Positions 37,718 through 48,054 of a stretch of 62,218 nucleotides of DNA are shown piece by piece. How positions within the stretch are numbered: position 1 is the stretch's first letter; each line of letters begins with the position of its first letter. Below the pieces are notes generated by a model. The model had not been told where the DNA came from and made no database searches. It was given only the letters and a program-made list of their open reading frames with translations. Source of the DNA: Verrucomicrobiota bacterium (GTDB lineage: Bacteria; Verrucomicrobiota; Kiritimatiellia; RFP12; UBA1067); contig JAKJGY010000002.1 of the NCBI GenBank assembly GCA_022704145.1, forward strand, positions 1 through 62,218, written 5' to 3'. Position numbers and translations under genes: made by a program.

Positions 37718-39730
37718 TTACGGCGTGGTGGCGGCGAAAAGTTTCAGCTCCTGGACGTGCACGGCGGGGTTGGCGCTGTTCTTGAGGACGGTCAGGCGGG
37801 CTTGGCGCGTCGGGGTCGGCGGGAAGTCGATCCTGAGCCCGTCGGCTGTAGCGGGCTTGGGGCTGTCGGTGTTGCCGGCGACCTGCTTCCAGGATTTGCC
37901 ATCCTCGGACAGTTCCAGCGTGAAGGTGTAGGTGCGGCCGTCGGCGTGGTAGAAGGTCACATGCAGGGCGTTGAGGGTCTGCACGGCGCCCAGGTCGATG
38001 GTGGCGCGGGCGGGCGAGCGGGCGCCGTACCAGGCCTTTTCCAGCGTGCCGTCGGTGAGGTGCGCGGGGACGTTACTGCCTTCGGCGGGGACGTCGGCGG
38101 TGACGGGGCGGCCGAGGGCCACGTTCGTCTCGGCCTTAAAGAGGTCGTCGAGCGCTTTGCGGCGGGCCTCGTCGGTCACCCCGGGCCTGAGAGTCTGCCA
38201 CAGCTTGAAGACGGCCTTCTTGTCGGCGTCCGGCTCACCCAGCTTCTTGGCGAGGCCGCGCAGGGCGAGGGCCTGGTGCTTGGCTTGGCCGGAGGTGGCG
38301 GCCAGGCGCAGGAGGGCAGGGGTGGAGCTTGCGTCGGGCCAGGTGGAGAGGGCGCGGAGGGCGGCCGTGACGATGTCGGCGTTGGCGGAGGCACAGGCCG
38401 CGTCGACGGCCTTGAGCAGCGCTTCGCCGCCGAGGCGGCCTGCGGTTTCAAGCGCGACCGCCTTCTGGGTGTCGGGGGCGTTCTGTAGGGCCTTGAGCAG
38501 GGCGGCCGCATAGGCGCCGGAGGTGTCGCGCCGGGCTGCGGCGGCGAGGGTGGTCTGGGCTTCGGGCGTCACGCGGCCTGCGGTGGCCAGCAGCTTTGCG
38601 GTCAGGCGTTCGGCGTGGCTGCTGTCGGCGATCTCGCGCAGCAGGCGGTAGCCGGCGATGACGGCCTCCTCGTCGGACGCGTCGAGCGCGGCCAGGCCGA
38701 GCGGCGCGGCTTCGGCGATGCGCCGCTCCTTAATCAGCTCGAGGGCGACCTTTTTGCCGGTCTCGCTGAAGGTCTCGTACGTCTGGGTGAGGGCTTTCCG
38801 GATGAGGGGGGTCTTGAGCTGGCGGAGGCTATCGCGCGCGAGCGTCTGACGGTTAGCGGGCAAACCGCTGAGCAGGGCGGGGATACGTGCCGCGAACGCG
38901 TCGGGATCGAGGCGGAGCAGCGCGAGATGGGCGGCGGCCGCGACGGTGTCGTCGGCGTCCGCGAGGCAGGCGGCGACGGCGGCGCAGGCGGAGGCGTCGC
39001 CGCGGCTGGCGAGCATGTCGAGCAGCATGGTCTTGCGCACGGGGTCGGCGACGGCCGGCAGCTTGGCGGCCCACAGGGCGGTCTCCGCTTGGCCGCCAGC
39101 GGTACGGGCGTGGGCGAGTGCCACGCCGGCGAGGGCGGTGTCCGGGCCGTCGAAGACTTGGACGAGGCGGGGGGTGAGGGCTTTGGGAGCGAGGGCGGCC
39201 AGCTCGCGGTTAAGGGCTGAGCAGGTCGTGCCTTTAGCGGGGGCGGCTTTCGAGGAACGGTCGTCGGTGACGGCCAGGACGGTCAGGGTAGCGAGGGCGG
39301 CGACGCCCGGTTTGTCGGACTTCTCGAACGCGCGCAGGGCGGTTGCCTGCTCGGGCAGTCCGCACCAGCGGAGCTGGTCGAGGAAGAAACAGGTGACGTC
39401 GCCTGCGGTTGCGCGCTGTGCGGCCGAGAGCAGCGCGGCGGCATAGGCCTTGCGGGCATGGGCGTTCGCCGTCAGCATCACGGCCTGGGAGAGTGCGGCG
39501 ATCCGCGTGCTGGCCACAGGGTCGGACTCGCCGTCAGTTCGGATCTCGGCGAAAAGCTTCTCGAAGGCGGGCGCGCCTTGCTTGAGCGTGTCGGCGAGCG
39601 TGGCGGCCGTAAGGGTCGCGAGGGCCTCCTTATTCTTTTCGGCCCATTGCGCGGCGGTCTCCTGCGCGGTGGCGCAGGAGGCGAGCAGGAGGGGCAGGAG
39701 CAAGGCGAGGCGGGTCAGGGTAAGTCGCAT
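37718..39730 (-). CDS. HEAT-repeat lipoprotein with C-terminal F5/8 type C (discoidin/CBM32-like) domain
   Basis: Lipobox LLASC; Ala/Leu-rich helical repeats; NVALGRPVTA..LTDG..IDLG..LELSEDGKSW..ARLTVL..ELKLF. Confidence 0.75.
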   Translation of the reverse strand: MRLTLTRLALLLPLLLASCATAQETAAQWAEKNKEALATLTAATLADTLKQGAPAFEKLFAEIRTDGESDPVASTRIAALSQAVMLTANAHARKAYAAALLSAAQRATAGDVTCFFLDQLRWCGLPEQATALRAFEKSDKPGVAALATLTVLAVTDDRSSKAAPAKGTTCSALNRELAALAPKALTPRLVQVFDGPDTALAGVALAHARTAGGQAETALWAAKLPAVADPVRKTMLLDMLASRGDASACAAVAACLADADDTVAAAAHLALLRLDPDAFAARIPALLSGLPANRQTLARDSLRQLKTPLIRKALTQTYETFSETGKKVALELIKERRIAEAAPLGLAALDASDEEAVIAGYRLLREIADSSHAERLTAKLLATAGRVTPEAQTTLAAAARRDTSGAYAAALLKALQNAPDTQKAVALETAGRLGGEALLKAVDAACASANADIVTAALRALSTWPDASSTPALLRLAATSGQAKHQALALRGLAKKLGEPDADKKAVFKLWQTLRPGVTDEARRKALDDLFKAETNVALGRPVTADVPAEGSNVPAHLTDGTLEKAWYGARSPARATIDLGAVQTLNALHVTFYHADGRTYTFTLELSEDGKSWKQVAGNTDSPKPATADGLRIDFPPTPTRQARLTVLKNSANPAVHVQELKLFAATTP

Positions 39731-39787
39731 GGTTTTGTCCTCAATAGGGTTTGTGAGTCGCGGTTCGGTTGTCGCGGGCCGGGGCTT

Positions 39788-41062
39788 TCAGATCACCCAT
39801 GGGGCGCGCATCTGCTGGTAGATGAAGCGGTCGGCGGCCGGGTCGTTGACGGCGCAGAGCTTCACAGGGTCGAAGCTGAAGCCGCGGCCGAGTCGCATGG
39901 CGACAAGGCCGAGGTTCACGATGGTGGCGGAGCGGAAGCCGTTGCGCTCGTTCAGGGCGAACGTGCGGCGCAGCTTGATGGATTCCACGAAGTCGGTCTG
40001 CTGCGGGGCGGGCTCAGGCAGTTCCTGAAGGAGCGCCTCGAGGTTGGGGACATCCGACTTGAGTTTGGGCCAGACCTTGCCTTTGGGGCCTTCGAGGAAG
40101 GGCGAGCCCTGGAGCGAGTCGTTCCCGTCGAGGACGATCTGGCACCCGTCGGCATAGGTGTAGGTGATCCGGTGGAACGAGCCGACCGCGTCCGGGTGCT
40201 GCGGCGGGCCGCTGACCTCGATCTTGATCGGGCTGGTGTCGTCCTTCTCCAGCAGGTACTGCACGGGGTCGAGATAGTGCTGCCCCATGTCGCCCAGACC
40301 GCCGCCGTCATAGTCCCAGTAGCCGCGGAAGGTGCCGTGCGTACGGTGCCGGTGGTACGGTTTGAAGGGGGCCGGCCCGAGCCAGAGGTCATAGTCGAAA
40401 TCCGACGGCACCGGCTCTGGCTTCAGGTTGGTCAGGCCGCTCCAGCCGAACTTGAGCGAGAAGCCGGTCACGCTGCCGACCACCGCCTTGACGGGCCAGC
40501 CGAGCAAACGGTTTTCCATGATCTTCTTGAGCGGCTTGACCTCGGTGCCGAAGCCATAGAAGCCGCTTTGGAAGCGGAACCACGTGTTGAGGCGGAAGAT
40601 TCGGCCGTTCGCCTTGACGGCCTCCATGACGCGACGGCCCTCGCCGATCGTACGGGTCATAGGCTTCTCGCACCAGATGTCCTTCCCGGCCTCGGCGGCC
40701 ATAACGGACATGATCCCGTGCCAGTGGGGTGGGGTGCAGATATGGATGATATCGACCTCCGGGCGGGCGAGGATCTCGCGGAAATCACGGCAGGTGAAGA
40801 TCTTCCCGTAGCCATTCTTCTCGGCCTGCACGATGCCGTCCTGGACACGCTTGGCGTCCGGGTCGCACAGCGCCACGAGGCGCGTGGCCTTGTAGCCGAG
40901 GTGGTTGCCGGAGTGGGCGATCCCGCCGAAGCCGATCAGGGCGCGGGTGAGCTGATTGCTGGGGGCCGTCTCCGAACGCAACAGACGGGCCGGGATAATG
41001 GTGAAGGCGGTGAGGGCGCTCGCGCGCTTGAGAAAGGCGCGACGGGGAATAGGTACAGGCAT
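39788..41062 (-). CDS. Tat-exported Gfo/Idh/MocA NAD-dependent oxidoreductase
   Basis: PRRAFLK; ALIGFGG; ICTPPHWH; CEKPMT; DYDLWLGPAP; GDMGQHYLD. Confidence 0.9.
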   Translation of the reverse strand: MPVPIPRRAFLKRASALTAFTIIPARLLRSETAPSNQLTRALIGFGGIAHSGNHLGYKATRLVALCDPDAKRVQDGIVQAEKNGYGKIFTCRDFREILARPEVDIIHICTPPHWHGIMSVMAAEAGKDIWCEKPMTRTIGEGRRVMEAVKANGRIFRLNTWFRFQSGFYGFGTEVKPLKKIMENRLLGWPVKAVVGSVTGFSLKFGWSGLTNLKPEPVPSDFDYDLWLGPAPFKPYHRHRTHGTFRGYWDYDGGGLGDMGQHYLDPVQYLLEKDDTSPIKIEVSGPPQHPDAVGSFHRITYTYADGCQIVLDGNDSLQGSPFLEGPKGKVWPKLKSDVPNLEALLQELPEPAPQQTDFVESIKLRRTFALNERNGFRSATIVNLGLVAMRLGRGFSFDPVKLCAVNDPAADRFIYQQMRAPWVI

Positions 41063-41194
41063 GTTTGTTCTCCGTTGGCGGTTCTGCGGGCGCCCGGCCG
41101 ACTCCAGTAACCGGAAACCCGCGAACCGGCATCTGTCGGATAACGTACCGCTTTCTGGAGGTTACGGCAAGCCGGTTATTACCGGTTTTGTCGG

Positions 41195-41224
41195 TTGACA
41201 CTTTTGATCGGGCTAGGGTATTAT
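41195..41224 (+). promoter_or_regulatory. nusA operon promoter
   Basis: TTGACA-N18-TATTAT. Confidence 0.55.
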
Positions 41225-41247
41225 TCAATCGCTTTTTTATTCGAGAT

Positions 41248-41276
41248 AAAAGGGTGGGGCCTCCCCGCTCTTTTTT
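41248..41276 (+). terminator. Leader terminator/attenuator upstream of nusA (rimP-leader-like)
   Basis: AAAAGGGTGGGG-CCT-CCCCGCTCTTTTTT, located between the promoter and the nusA start. Confidence 0.65.
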
Positions 41277-41313
41277 GTTGGTGCGAACTTTGAAGCAGTA
41301 AGGCGGTGCGGCG

Positions 41314-42582
41314 ATGAACAACGAGTTGCTTTCGATTATCAGTTACCTGGAGCGCGACCGGGGCGTCAACCGGGAGATCATCATCCAGGCGATCGAGTCA
41401 GCGATTCAGCAGGCCGCCCGCAAGAGCTTGGAGGTGACCAACGACCTGCGTGTTGAGATTGACCGTAAGAGTCTGGCGATCAAGGCGTTCGACACGTTCG
41501 TCGTTTCTGATGACGACACGGGCCTTGGCTTTATCAGTGTCAAGCGTGCCCGGTCTGTCAAGCCTGACGTCAAGGCGGGCGAGACGTTGGAGGTGGAGGT
41601 TCCTCCGGCTAAGCTGGGACGTATCGCCGCTCAGACTGCACGCCAGATGATCCTGCAGAAGATCCGCGAGGCCGAGCGCAAGAACGTTTACGACGAGTAT
41701 AAGGATCGCATCGGCGACATCGTCAGCGGCACGATCCGGCAGATCGCACATCGCGACCTGATCGTGGATTTGGGTAAGACCGAGGCGATCCTGCCGTCGA
41801 AGGAGCGCATCCCTACCGAGGAGTATAATGTCGGCGACCGCATTCGTGCCTATGTGTACCGCGTGCAAGCCGGGGCCAACGGGCCGGCCGTCGTCCTGTC
41901 GCGAGCGTGCCCGGAGTTCGTTAAGACGCTGTTCCGCCTTGAGGTTTCGGAGATCGCCGACGGGATCGTGGAGGTGATGGGAGTCGCACGCGACCCGGGC
42001 TACCGCTCCAAGATCGCGGTCAAGACGCTGGACGAGAAAGTCGACCCTGTGGGCGCATGCGTCGGGCTGCGCGGGGTGCGTGTGCGCAACATCGTGCGTG
42101 AGCTGAATGGCGAGAAGATCGACATCGTGCGGTGGAGCGACGATATCAAGCAGTATGTGACGCAGGCTTTGGCGCCGGCCCGGCTGGAAGGCGTGACGGT
42201 GGATGCCAGCGACGCGCGCACGGTGTTCGTGACCGTGGCGCCGGATCAGCTTTCGCTGGCGATCGGCAAGCGCGGTCAGAACGTGCGGCTGACGTCGAAG
42301 CTCACCGGTTGGCGCGTGGATATCCAGAAGAGCGGCGAGGAGGCCTCGTTTGAGGAGCAGCGCGAGTCGGCGATCGCGGAGTTGGCGGAGGTTCTGGACA
42401 TCAGCGAGCAGACTGCCTCGACCCTGGTTGCGAACGGGTTCCTGACGACGGAAGGTATTGTCGAGGTTGAGGTCGCATACCTGCAAGAGGTCACCGGTTT
42501 GGATGAGACGACGGTGCTTAAGATCTGGGCTGCGGCGCAGGCGGCGAGCGGCGTGGTCGAAGCGGCGGGAGAAGAGCAGTGA
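41314..42582 (+). CDS. nusA: Transcription termination/antitermination factor NusA
   Basis: LGRIAAQTARQ, S1 domain, ARDPGYRSKIAV, DPVGACVG, GEKIDIV, LAIGKRGQNVRL. Confidence 0.97.
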   Translation: MNNELLSIISYLERDRGVNREIIIQAIESAIQQAARKSLEVTNDLRVEIDRKSLAIKAFDTFVVSDDDTGLGFISVKRARSVKPDVKAGETLEVEVPPAKLGRIAAQTARQMILQKIREAERKNVYDEYKDRIGDIVSGTIRQIAHRDLIVDLGKTEAILPSKERIPTEEYNVGDRIRAYVYRVQAGANGPAVVLSRACPEFVKTLFRLEVSEIADGIVEVMGVARDPGYRSKIAVKTLDEKVDPVGACVGLRGVRVRNIVRELNGEKIDIVRWSDDIKQYVTQALAPARLEGVTVDASDARTVFVTVAPDQLSLAIGKRGQNVRLTSKLTGWRVDIQKSGEEASFEEQRESAIAELAEVLDISEQTASTLVANGFLTTEGIVEVEVAYLQEVTGLDETTVLKIWAAAQAASGVVEAAGEEQ

Positions 42583-45224
42583 GTATGATGAGAGTATATG
42601 AGTTGGCAGGACATGTGAGGGTCTCCGTCGGTGCGATCCTCAAGCAGGCCGATGCCTTAGGCATTGAGGTCTACTCCCCCCTGACACGGTTGGAGTCGGA
42701 GGACGCCGCCCGGCTGCGTGCCCATTTCGAGTCCCTTCCCGCCTCCGAGCAGGAGTGTGCGAGCGCCGCTCGCGCTGCGCTCCAGGCGGAGAAGCATGCT
42801 CTGGCGCTCTCGCGGCGCGAGGCGCATGATAAGGCGGAGAGGGCCTTGCTGGAGGCCAACCGGCTGCGCGCCCTCGAGCTGGATGCCCGGATCAAGGGTA
42901 AGCCTTTGCCGGCTGCTGCGGCCCCCGCCGCTGTGGCGAGCGAAGGGGCGTCCGTTGCGGCGCCGGAGACCGTTCAGGCTGTGCCTGCCCCGGTCGCCGT
43001 TGTGGAGCCTGCGCCTGCCCCGGCGCCTACGGTTGAGGCCCCGTCGACGAAGGAGGCGGCGTCTGCCGCCGAGACAGCCCCGTCCGTTTCATCCGCCGCC
43101 GCGAGCCCTGCTGCGGAAGGCGAGCAGCAGGCCACCGCACACAAAGCAGGCGTGAAGCCAAAGTCGGCGCGTTTTGTGGTGGAGGATGAGCTTGAGCCGG
43201 AGGAGATGCTGGCCGCTCCCTTTATCGGGCGGATTGCCAAAGAGCCGCCGCGCGAAGCCGCTAAGGCGCCGCGCCCCGCGGCCGTGAAGAGCACGCGCGA
43301 GCGTGAGGGCGCTGGCCCTCGTCCGCCCTTACGCAGCCCGCTCCCTCCGGCTGCGGCGGCGCGTCCGGGCATGCCGCCTGCCGCCCGCCCGGGCGCAGCG
43401 TGGCAGCGCCCGCAGCCTCAGCAGGAGGCGTCGGTCGCGCCTGACCGCGTGATCCAGTTGCGGGGTGCGGTGGTTGTCAAGGACCTGGCTGAGCGACTGG
43501 GTCTGCGGCCCAACCGCCTGATTGCGGATCTGATGCAACTGAACATCCTCGCGTCGATCAACCAGCGCGTGGAGATGGATGTCGCGCAGAAGATCGCCGA
43601 GAAATATGGCTACAAGATCGAGCTGGAGCGCCAGAAACGTTCGACCGAGCGCAAGCCTGTTCTCCGGAGCGAGGACGCCGATGACGCGATCCCGGAGGAC
43701 AAGTCCGAAGACCTGGTTCCGCGCCCGCCGGTCGTCACCTTCCTCGGCCATGTCGACCATGGCAAGACCTCGCTGATGGACCGTATCCGCAATACCCGTG
43801 TCGCCTCGGGCGAGGCGGGAGGGATCACGCAGCATATCGGCGCCTATACGGTTGAGATCAACGGTCGGAAGATCACCTTCCTTGACACGCCCGGCCATGC
43901 GGCCTTTTCAGCCATGCGGGCGCGCGGCGCCAGCCTCACCGATATCGCGGTGATTATCATTGCCGCGGACGATGGCATCATGCCGCAGACGCGCGAGGCG
44001 ATCAAGCACGCGCAGCAGGCGGGTGTGCAGATTATGGTGGCGATCAACAAGTGCGACCTTCCGACGGCTAAGCCTGACCGCGTGCGGCAGATGTTGCAGG
44101 GAGAAGGCCTGACGCCTGAGGAGTGGGGCGGCGATGTCATCTGCGCGGAAGTCTCGGCGGTCACAGGCAAGGGCGTGGACCATCTTTTGGAGATGATCCT
44201 GCTGCAGGCCGACATGCTGGAGCTGATGGCGAACACCAACCGTCGCGCCAACGGGTATGTGGTTGAGGCCCAGCTCGAGCAGGGCCTGGGCCCGACAGCC
44301 ACGTTGCTGGTTTCCGGCGGCACGCTGAATGTCGGCGACATCTTGCTCTGCGGCGAGTATTTCGGCCGCGTTCGCGGTCTGATCGACGACCGCGGCAGAC
44401 GGGTCAAGTCGGCCGGGCCGGCCACTGCGGTCAAGTGTATGGGGCTTTCGGGCGTGCCTGAGGCGGGCGCGGACTTCCGCGTGATGCTTAACGACAAGCG
44501 CGCGCGCGACCTGGCCGAGAAGGCTGCTGAAGAGCGTAAGCAGGTGGAGCTGGTCAGCTCCAAAGCGACCTCCCTCGACGCGCTGTTGAATCAGATCAAG
44601 GATAACCAGCGCCGCGAGCTGGCGGTGATCATCAAGGCCGACACCCAGGGGTCTTCGGAGGCGATCGTCGAGTCGCTCAAGGAGATCAAGAGCGAGAAGG
44701 TCACGCTCAATATCATCTCTGAGGCGATCGGCAACGTCTCCGCGACCGACGTCAACAAGGCGGCTGCAGGCGGCGCGGTGATCGTCGGCTTCAGCGTCGG
44801 CTGCGAGACCGGCGTCCAGCAGCTCGCCCGTCACGACGGGGTCAGGATCAGTACCTTCAGGATCATTTACGAGCTGATCGACTTTGTGAAGCAGCGCATG
44901 CTGGACTTGCTGTCGCCTGAGTACAAAGAGGTGGTCAAAGGTCATGCTGAGATCCGTGCGATCTTCGATATCGGCAAGACCGGACGTGTGGCGGGCTGCC
45001 AGATGCTGGACGGAAACATCCGCGCCGACGGGAGGTACCGTATCTTCCGCAAGAAGGAGAAGGTCTGGGAAGGTAAGCTCTCGTCCCTCAAACATTTCCA
45101 GAACGAGGTCACCGAGATCGTCGGGTCGCAGGAGTGCGGCATCTTGTTTAATGGGTTCGAGGCGTTCCAGGTGGGTGACACGGTCGAGTGTTACATCCTT
45201 GAGGAGCTGCCGCGCAGCCTGTAA
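42579..45224 (+). CDS. infB: Translation initiation factor IF-2
   Basis: [49 protein letters not shown]. Confidence 0.97.
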   Translation: MSMMRVYELAGHVRVSVGAILKQADALGIEVYSPLTRLESEDAARLRAHFESLPASEQECASAARAALQAEKHALALSRREAHDKAERALLEANRLRALELDARIKGKPLPAAAAPAAVASEGASVAAPETVQAVPAPVAVVEPAPAPAPTVEAPSTKEAASAAETAPSVSSAAASPAAEGEQQATAHKAGVKPKSARFVVEDELEPEEMLAAPFIGRIAKEPPREAAKAPRPAAVKSTREREGAGPRPPLRSPLPPAAAARPGMPPAARPGAAWQRPQPQQEASVAPDRVIQLRGAVVVKDLAERLGLRPNRLIADLMQLNILASINQRVEMDVAQKIAEKYGYKIELERQKRSTERKPVLRSEDADDAIPEDKSEDLVPRPPVVTFLGHVDHGKTSLMDRIRNTRVASGEAGGITQHIGAYTVEINGRKITFLDTPGHAAFSAMRARGASLTDIAVIIIAADDGIMPQTREAIKHAQQAGVQIMVAINKCDLPTAKPDRVRQMLQGEGLTPEEWGGDVICAEVSAVTGKGVDHLLEMILLQADMLELMANTNRRANGYVVEAQLEQGLGPTATLLVSGGTLNVGDILLCGEYFGRVRGLIDDRGRRVKSAGPATAVKCMGLSGVPEAGADFRVMLNDKRARDLAEKAAEERKQVELVSSKATSLDALLNQIKDNQRRELAVIIKADTQGSSEAIVESLKEIKSEKVTLNIISEAIGNVSATDVNKAAAGGAVIVGFSVGCETGVQQLARHDGVRISTFRIIYELIDFVKQRMLDLLSPEYKEVVKGHAEIRAIFDIGKTGRVAGCQMLDGNIRADGRYRIFRKKEKVWEGKLSSLKHFQNEVTEIVGSQECGILFNGFEAFQVGDTVECYILEELPRSL

Positions 45225-45237
45225 GGGGAGAGCGACG

Positions 45238-45624
45238 ATGTCCATCGACCGACTCGAGCGTGTCAACGCGTTACTGCGCCGTGAGATCGGTGAGGCGCTC
45301 TTCAAGGTTTTCGTGGGCGACTCTCTCGACCTCGCGTGCGTGACGGTCACGCGGGTCGAGACGGCGCGTAACCTGCGTAACGCGACGGTCGCGATCTCTA
45401 TTTTCGGGCACGAGCTGGAGCGCGGGCGGATTTTGCGGAAGATCGCGGGCAAGGCGGGTGAGCTTCAGTCGCTCATCAATCGTGATCTCGCGCTCAAGTA
45501 CACGCCGCGCCTGAGGTTCGTCCTGGATGGCTCTTTGGAGAAGGGCGACCATGTGCTCGGGGTGCTCAGCAAGCTTGAGACGGCCGACGGCGGCGGCGCG
45601 GACGATCTGCCGGTTGCGCCTTGA
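45238..45624 (+). CDS. rbfA: Ribosome-binding factor A
   Basis: RLERVNALLRREI, VTVTRVET, KYTPRLRFVLDGSLEKG; directly after infB. Confidence 0.93.
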   Translation: MSIDRLERVNALLRREIGEALFKVFVGDSLDLACVTVTRVETARNLRNATVAISIFGHELERGRILRKIAGKAGELQSLINRDLALKYTPRLRFVLDGSLEKGDHVLGVLSKLETADGGGADDLPVAP

Positions 45625-45647
45625 GCGTACTTACAAGGAATCGCACG

Positions 45648-46397
45648 ATGCCTGTCTTCACACAAGCGCCCTCAACCTGGGGGTTATTTGACGGGGTCGT
45701 GCTGGTGGATAAGCCTGCCGGGCCGACCTCACATGATATCGTGCACCGGATCCGCCGCACCTTCCGCATTGAGAAGGTCGGTCACGGCGGCACGCTCGAC
45801 CCGAATGCGACGGGTCTCCTGCTGATCCTCCTGGGAAAGGGCACCAAGCTTTCTGATTCGCTCATGGGTGGGGATAAAACCTATTCCGGCGTGATGCGCC
45901 TGGGTCGTGTGACAAAGACTCAGGACTGTGACGGCGAGACGGTTTCGGAAGCGCCTTTCGAACGGGTCGTGCGCGAGCAGGTGGAGACCCAGTTTCAGGC
46001 ACTTACCGGCGATATCTTCCAGACACCGCCCATGGTTTCCGCGATTAAGGTGGAGGGCGTGCCCCTGTATAAGCTGGCGCGTAAGGGGCAGGAGGTTGAG
46101 CGTACGCCGCGTCTGGTCCATGTCTACCGTTTCGCGCTTACTGACTGGGCGCCGCCGCTGGTGTCCTTTGAGGTGCTCTGCACCAAGGGGACGTATGTGC
46201 GAACCTTAGTGCATGATGTCGGCCAGTCGCTCGGGTGCGGGGCCTGCCTGGATGCGTTACGGCGAACACGTTCCGGGACTTTCGATGTGCGTGACGCGTT
46301 GCCGTTTGAGGAGGTGTTGAGGCTCTCTTCCGACCAGCTCGCGTCGCGCGTCATACCCTTCTCCAGACTCGTATCAAAGACAGTGTCTTCAAACTGA
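45648..46397 (+). CDS. truB: tRNA pseudouridine(55) synthase
   Basis: VDKPAGPTSHD, KVGHGGTLDP, QTPPMVSAIKVEG, CTKGTYVRTL, LRRTRSG. Confidence 0.95.
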   Translation: MPVFTQAPSTWGLFDGVVLVDKPAGPTSHDIVHRIRRTFRIEKVGHGGTLDPNATGLLLILLGKGTKLSDSLMGGDKTYSGVMRLGRVTKTQDCDGETVSEAPFERVVREQVETQFQALTGDIFQTPPMVSAIKVEGVPLYKLARKGQEVERTPRLVHVYRFALTDWAPPLVSFEVLCTKGTYVRTLVHDVGQSLGCGACLDALRRTRSGTFDVRDALPFEEVLRLSSDQLASRVIPFSRLVSKTVSSN

Positions 46398-46426
46398 AGA
46401 CTTCACTCTCGTGCCGGTCGGCCGCC

Positions 46427-47380
46427 ATGCAGATTCTCGCACAGCCTGCCCATTTTCGTAAGCTTCCCGGGCCGATCGTGCTCGCGGCCGGTTTCTTCGA
46501 CGGCGTTCACGAGGGGCACCGGCAGGTGCTGGCCAGCGCTATGGAACGTGCGCGCGAGGTCGGCGGTCAGGCGTGGGTCATGACGTTTGACCGTCATCCT
46601 ATGGCTGTTCTGGCCCCTTCCAAATGTCCGCCGCTCTTGAGTACCCTGGAGGAGCGGCTCTATCGTCTGGAGCGGTGCGGAGTGGACGGTGTCTTGCTGT
46701 TGCCCTTCACCAAGAGGCTCGCGATGCAGGAGCCGGCGGCCTTTGTAAGAGGGCTGTGCGGTCGGCCGGCCGGCCGTGAGGCGGCCAAGCTGGTTGAGAT
46801 CCGCTGTGGCGCGAACTGGCGGTTCGGGCGTCTGGCCTCTGGAACGCCGGAGAGTCTGGCGCAGTACGGGCGGCATTATGGTTTCCGGGTGGTGGTGGTG
46901 CCGTATGCGGATTATCACGGGGTTGAGATCTCCAGCACGCGCATCAGGATCGCGGTGCGCGAGGGGCGTCTGGACGATGCGGCGGCTATGTTAGGACGGC
47001 CCTTCTCGGTGAGGGAACGGGTTGTTCGGGGACGTGGCGTCGGACGTTCGCTGGGTTTCGCTACGGCCAATTTACGCCCTCAAGCGGACGTCCTGCCCCC
47101 GAACGGCGTCTACGCCGTCCGGGTGTTGGTGGAGGGCGTCTCCTATGCTGGGGTGGCCAATCTGGGCGTCCGTCCGACCTTTGCGGACTCCGTGCCTGAT
47201 CGGGTGGTTCTGGAGACCCATCTGATCGGGTATTCAGGAGACCTCTACGATGACTGGATCGAGGTCTGCTTTGTCGGCCGCTTGCGTGATGAGCACGCCT
47301 TTGCTTCCCCGGATGCGCTCAGGCAACAGATCGCGTGCGATATTCGACAGTCTGAGCGGCTTTTTGAAACGCATACGTGA
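46427..47380 (+). CDS. ribF: Bifunctional riboflavin kinase / FAD synthetase
   Basis: GFFDGVHEGH, ISSTRIR, GRSLGFATAN, NLGVRPTF, ETHLI..DLY. Confidence 0.95.
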   Translation: MQILAQPAHFRKLPGPIVLAAGFFDGVHEGHRQVLASAMERAREVGGQAWVMTFDRHPMAVLAPSKCPPLLSTLEERLYRLERCGVDGVLLLPFTKRLAMQEPAAFVRGLCGRPAGREAAKLVEIRCGANWRFGRLASGTPESLAQYGRHYGFRVVVVPYADYHGVEISSTRIRIAVREGRLDDAAAMLGRPFSVRERVVRGRGVGRSLGFATANLRPQADVLPPNGVYAVRVLVEGVSYAGVANLGVRPTFADSVPDRVVLETHLIGYSGDLYDDWIEVCFVGRLRDEHAFASPDALRQQIACDIRQSERLFETHT

Positions 47381-47412
47381 TCGACCGCAACGCTGTCCTA
47401 CGCCCGCTTGCG

Positions 47413-47442
47413 TCTATTCACTTCTCATGAGAAGTGAATAGA
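47413..47442. repeat. Perfect 30-bp palindrome between convergent ribF and secG
   Basis: TCTATTCACTTCTCA|TGAGAAGTGAATAGA, no spacer. Confidence 0.95.
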
Positions 47443-47507
47443 GCCTGCTGCAGCACAGACCCCATCAGGCTCTCGTTGGAACACGAAACGATCGGTGTGG
47501 CGTCACT

Positions 47508-47858
47508 TCAGGGCGCTACCGGAGCGGAGGGAGACTGGGAGGGTTGAGGGAACGAGGGCATCCCTTGCGGGATAGCGGGAGCGGGGGCTGTCGTGGTGAC
47601 ACCCTCCATTTTGGACTCCACGGCACGTGAGGTCAGGCTGGAGAGCACGATCGTGTTGAGCAGGAATGCCGCGCCGAGAATGATCGTAGCCTTGGTGAGA
47701 ACGTTGCCCATCTGCGCGCCGAACAGCGCCTCGCCCATGCCGCCGCCGAAACTGATCCCGAGGCCGCCCTCTTTGGGTTTCTGAAGCAACACGAGGCCGG
47801 CCAACAGGAGGCAAATCAGCACTTCAAGAGCATAGAGGAAATAGATGAGAATCTGCAT
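47508..47858 (-). CDS. secG: Preprotein translocase subunit SecG
   Basis: Two TM helices, LLQKPKEGGLGISFGG..LFG..GNVLTKATI, Pro-rich tail. Confidence 0.92.
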   Translation of the reverse strand: MQILIYFLYALEVLICLLLAGLVLLQKPKEGGLGISFGGGMGEALFGAQMGNVLTKATIILGAAFLLNTIVLSSLTSRAVESKMEGVTTTAPAPAIPQGMPSFPQPSQSPSAPVAP

Positions 47859-48054
47859 AGCCTTTACTCCGTTCAAACCGCTTTGAAAGCAGCAATTTGA
47901 TATTTATAGCAAACCTGGGCCGTGGGCTGCAATTGAAAATGCCACTTGACGACGATTCGCCCGCTCTTTCGCATGAATGTCGGTTGATCGGCGGCACCCA
48001 CAGCCGGAATGCTGAAATGTACCGGTTACGGCCGCTGTTCCGTCCCTGGGACGC

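Noticed and set aside
47381-47507. tRNA downstream of secG, as is common in other bacteria
   Set aside because: No cloverleaf, T-loop GTTCRA or CCA end on either strand.
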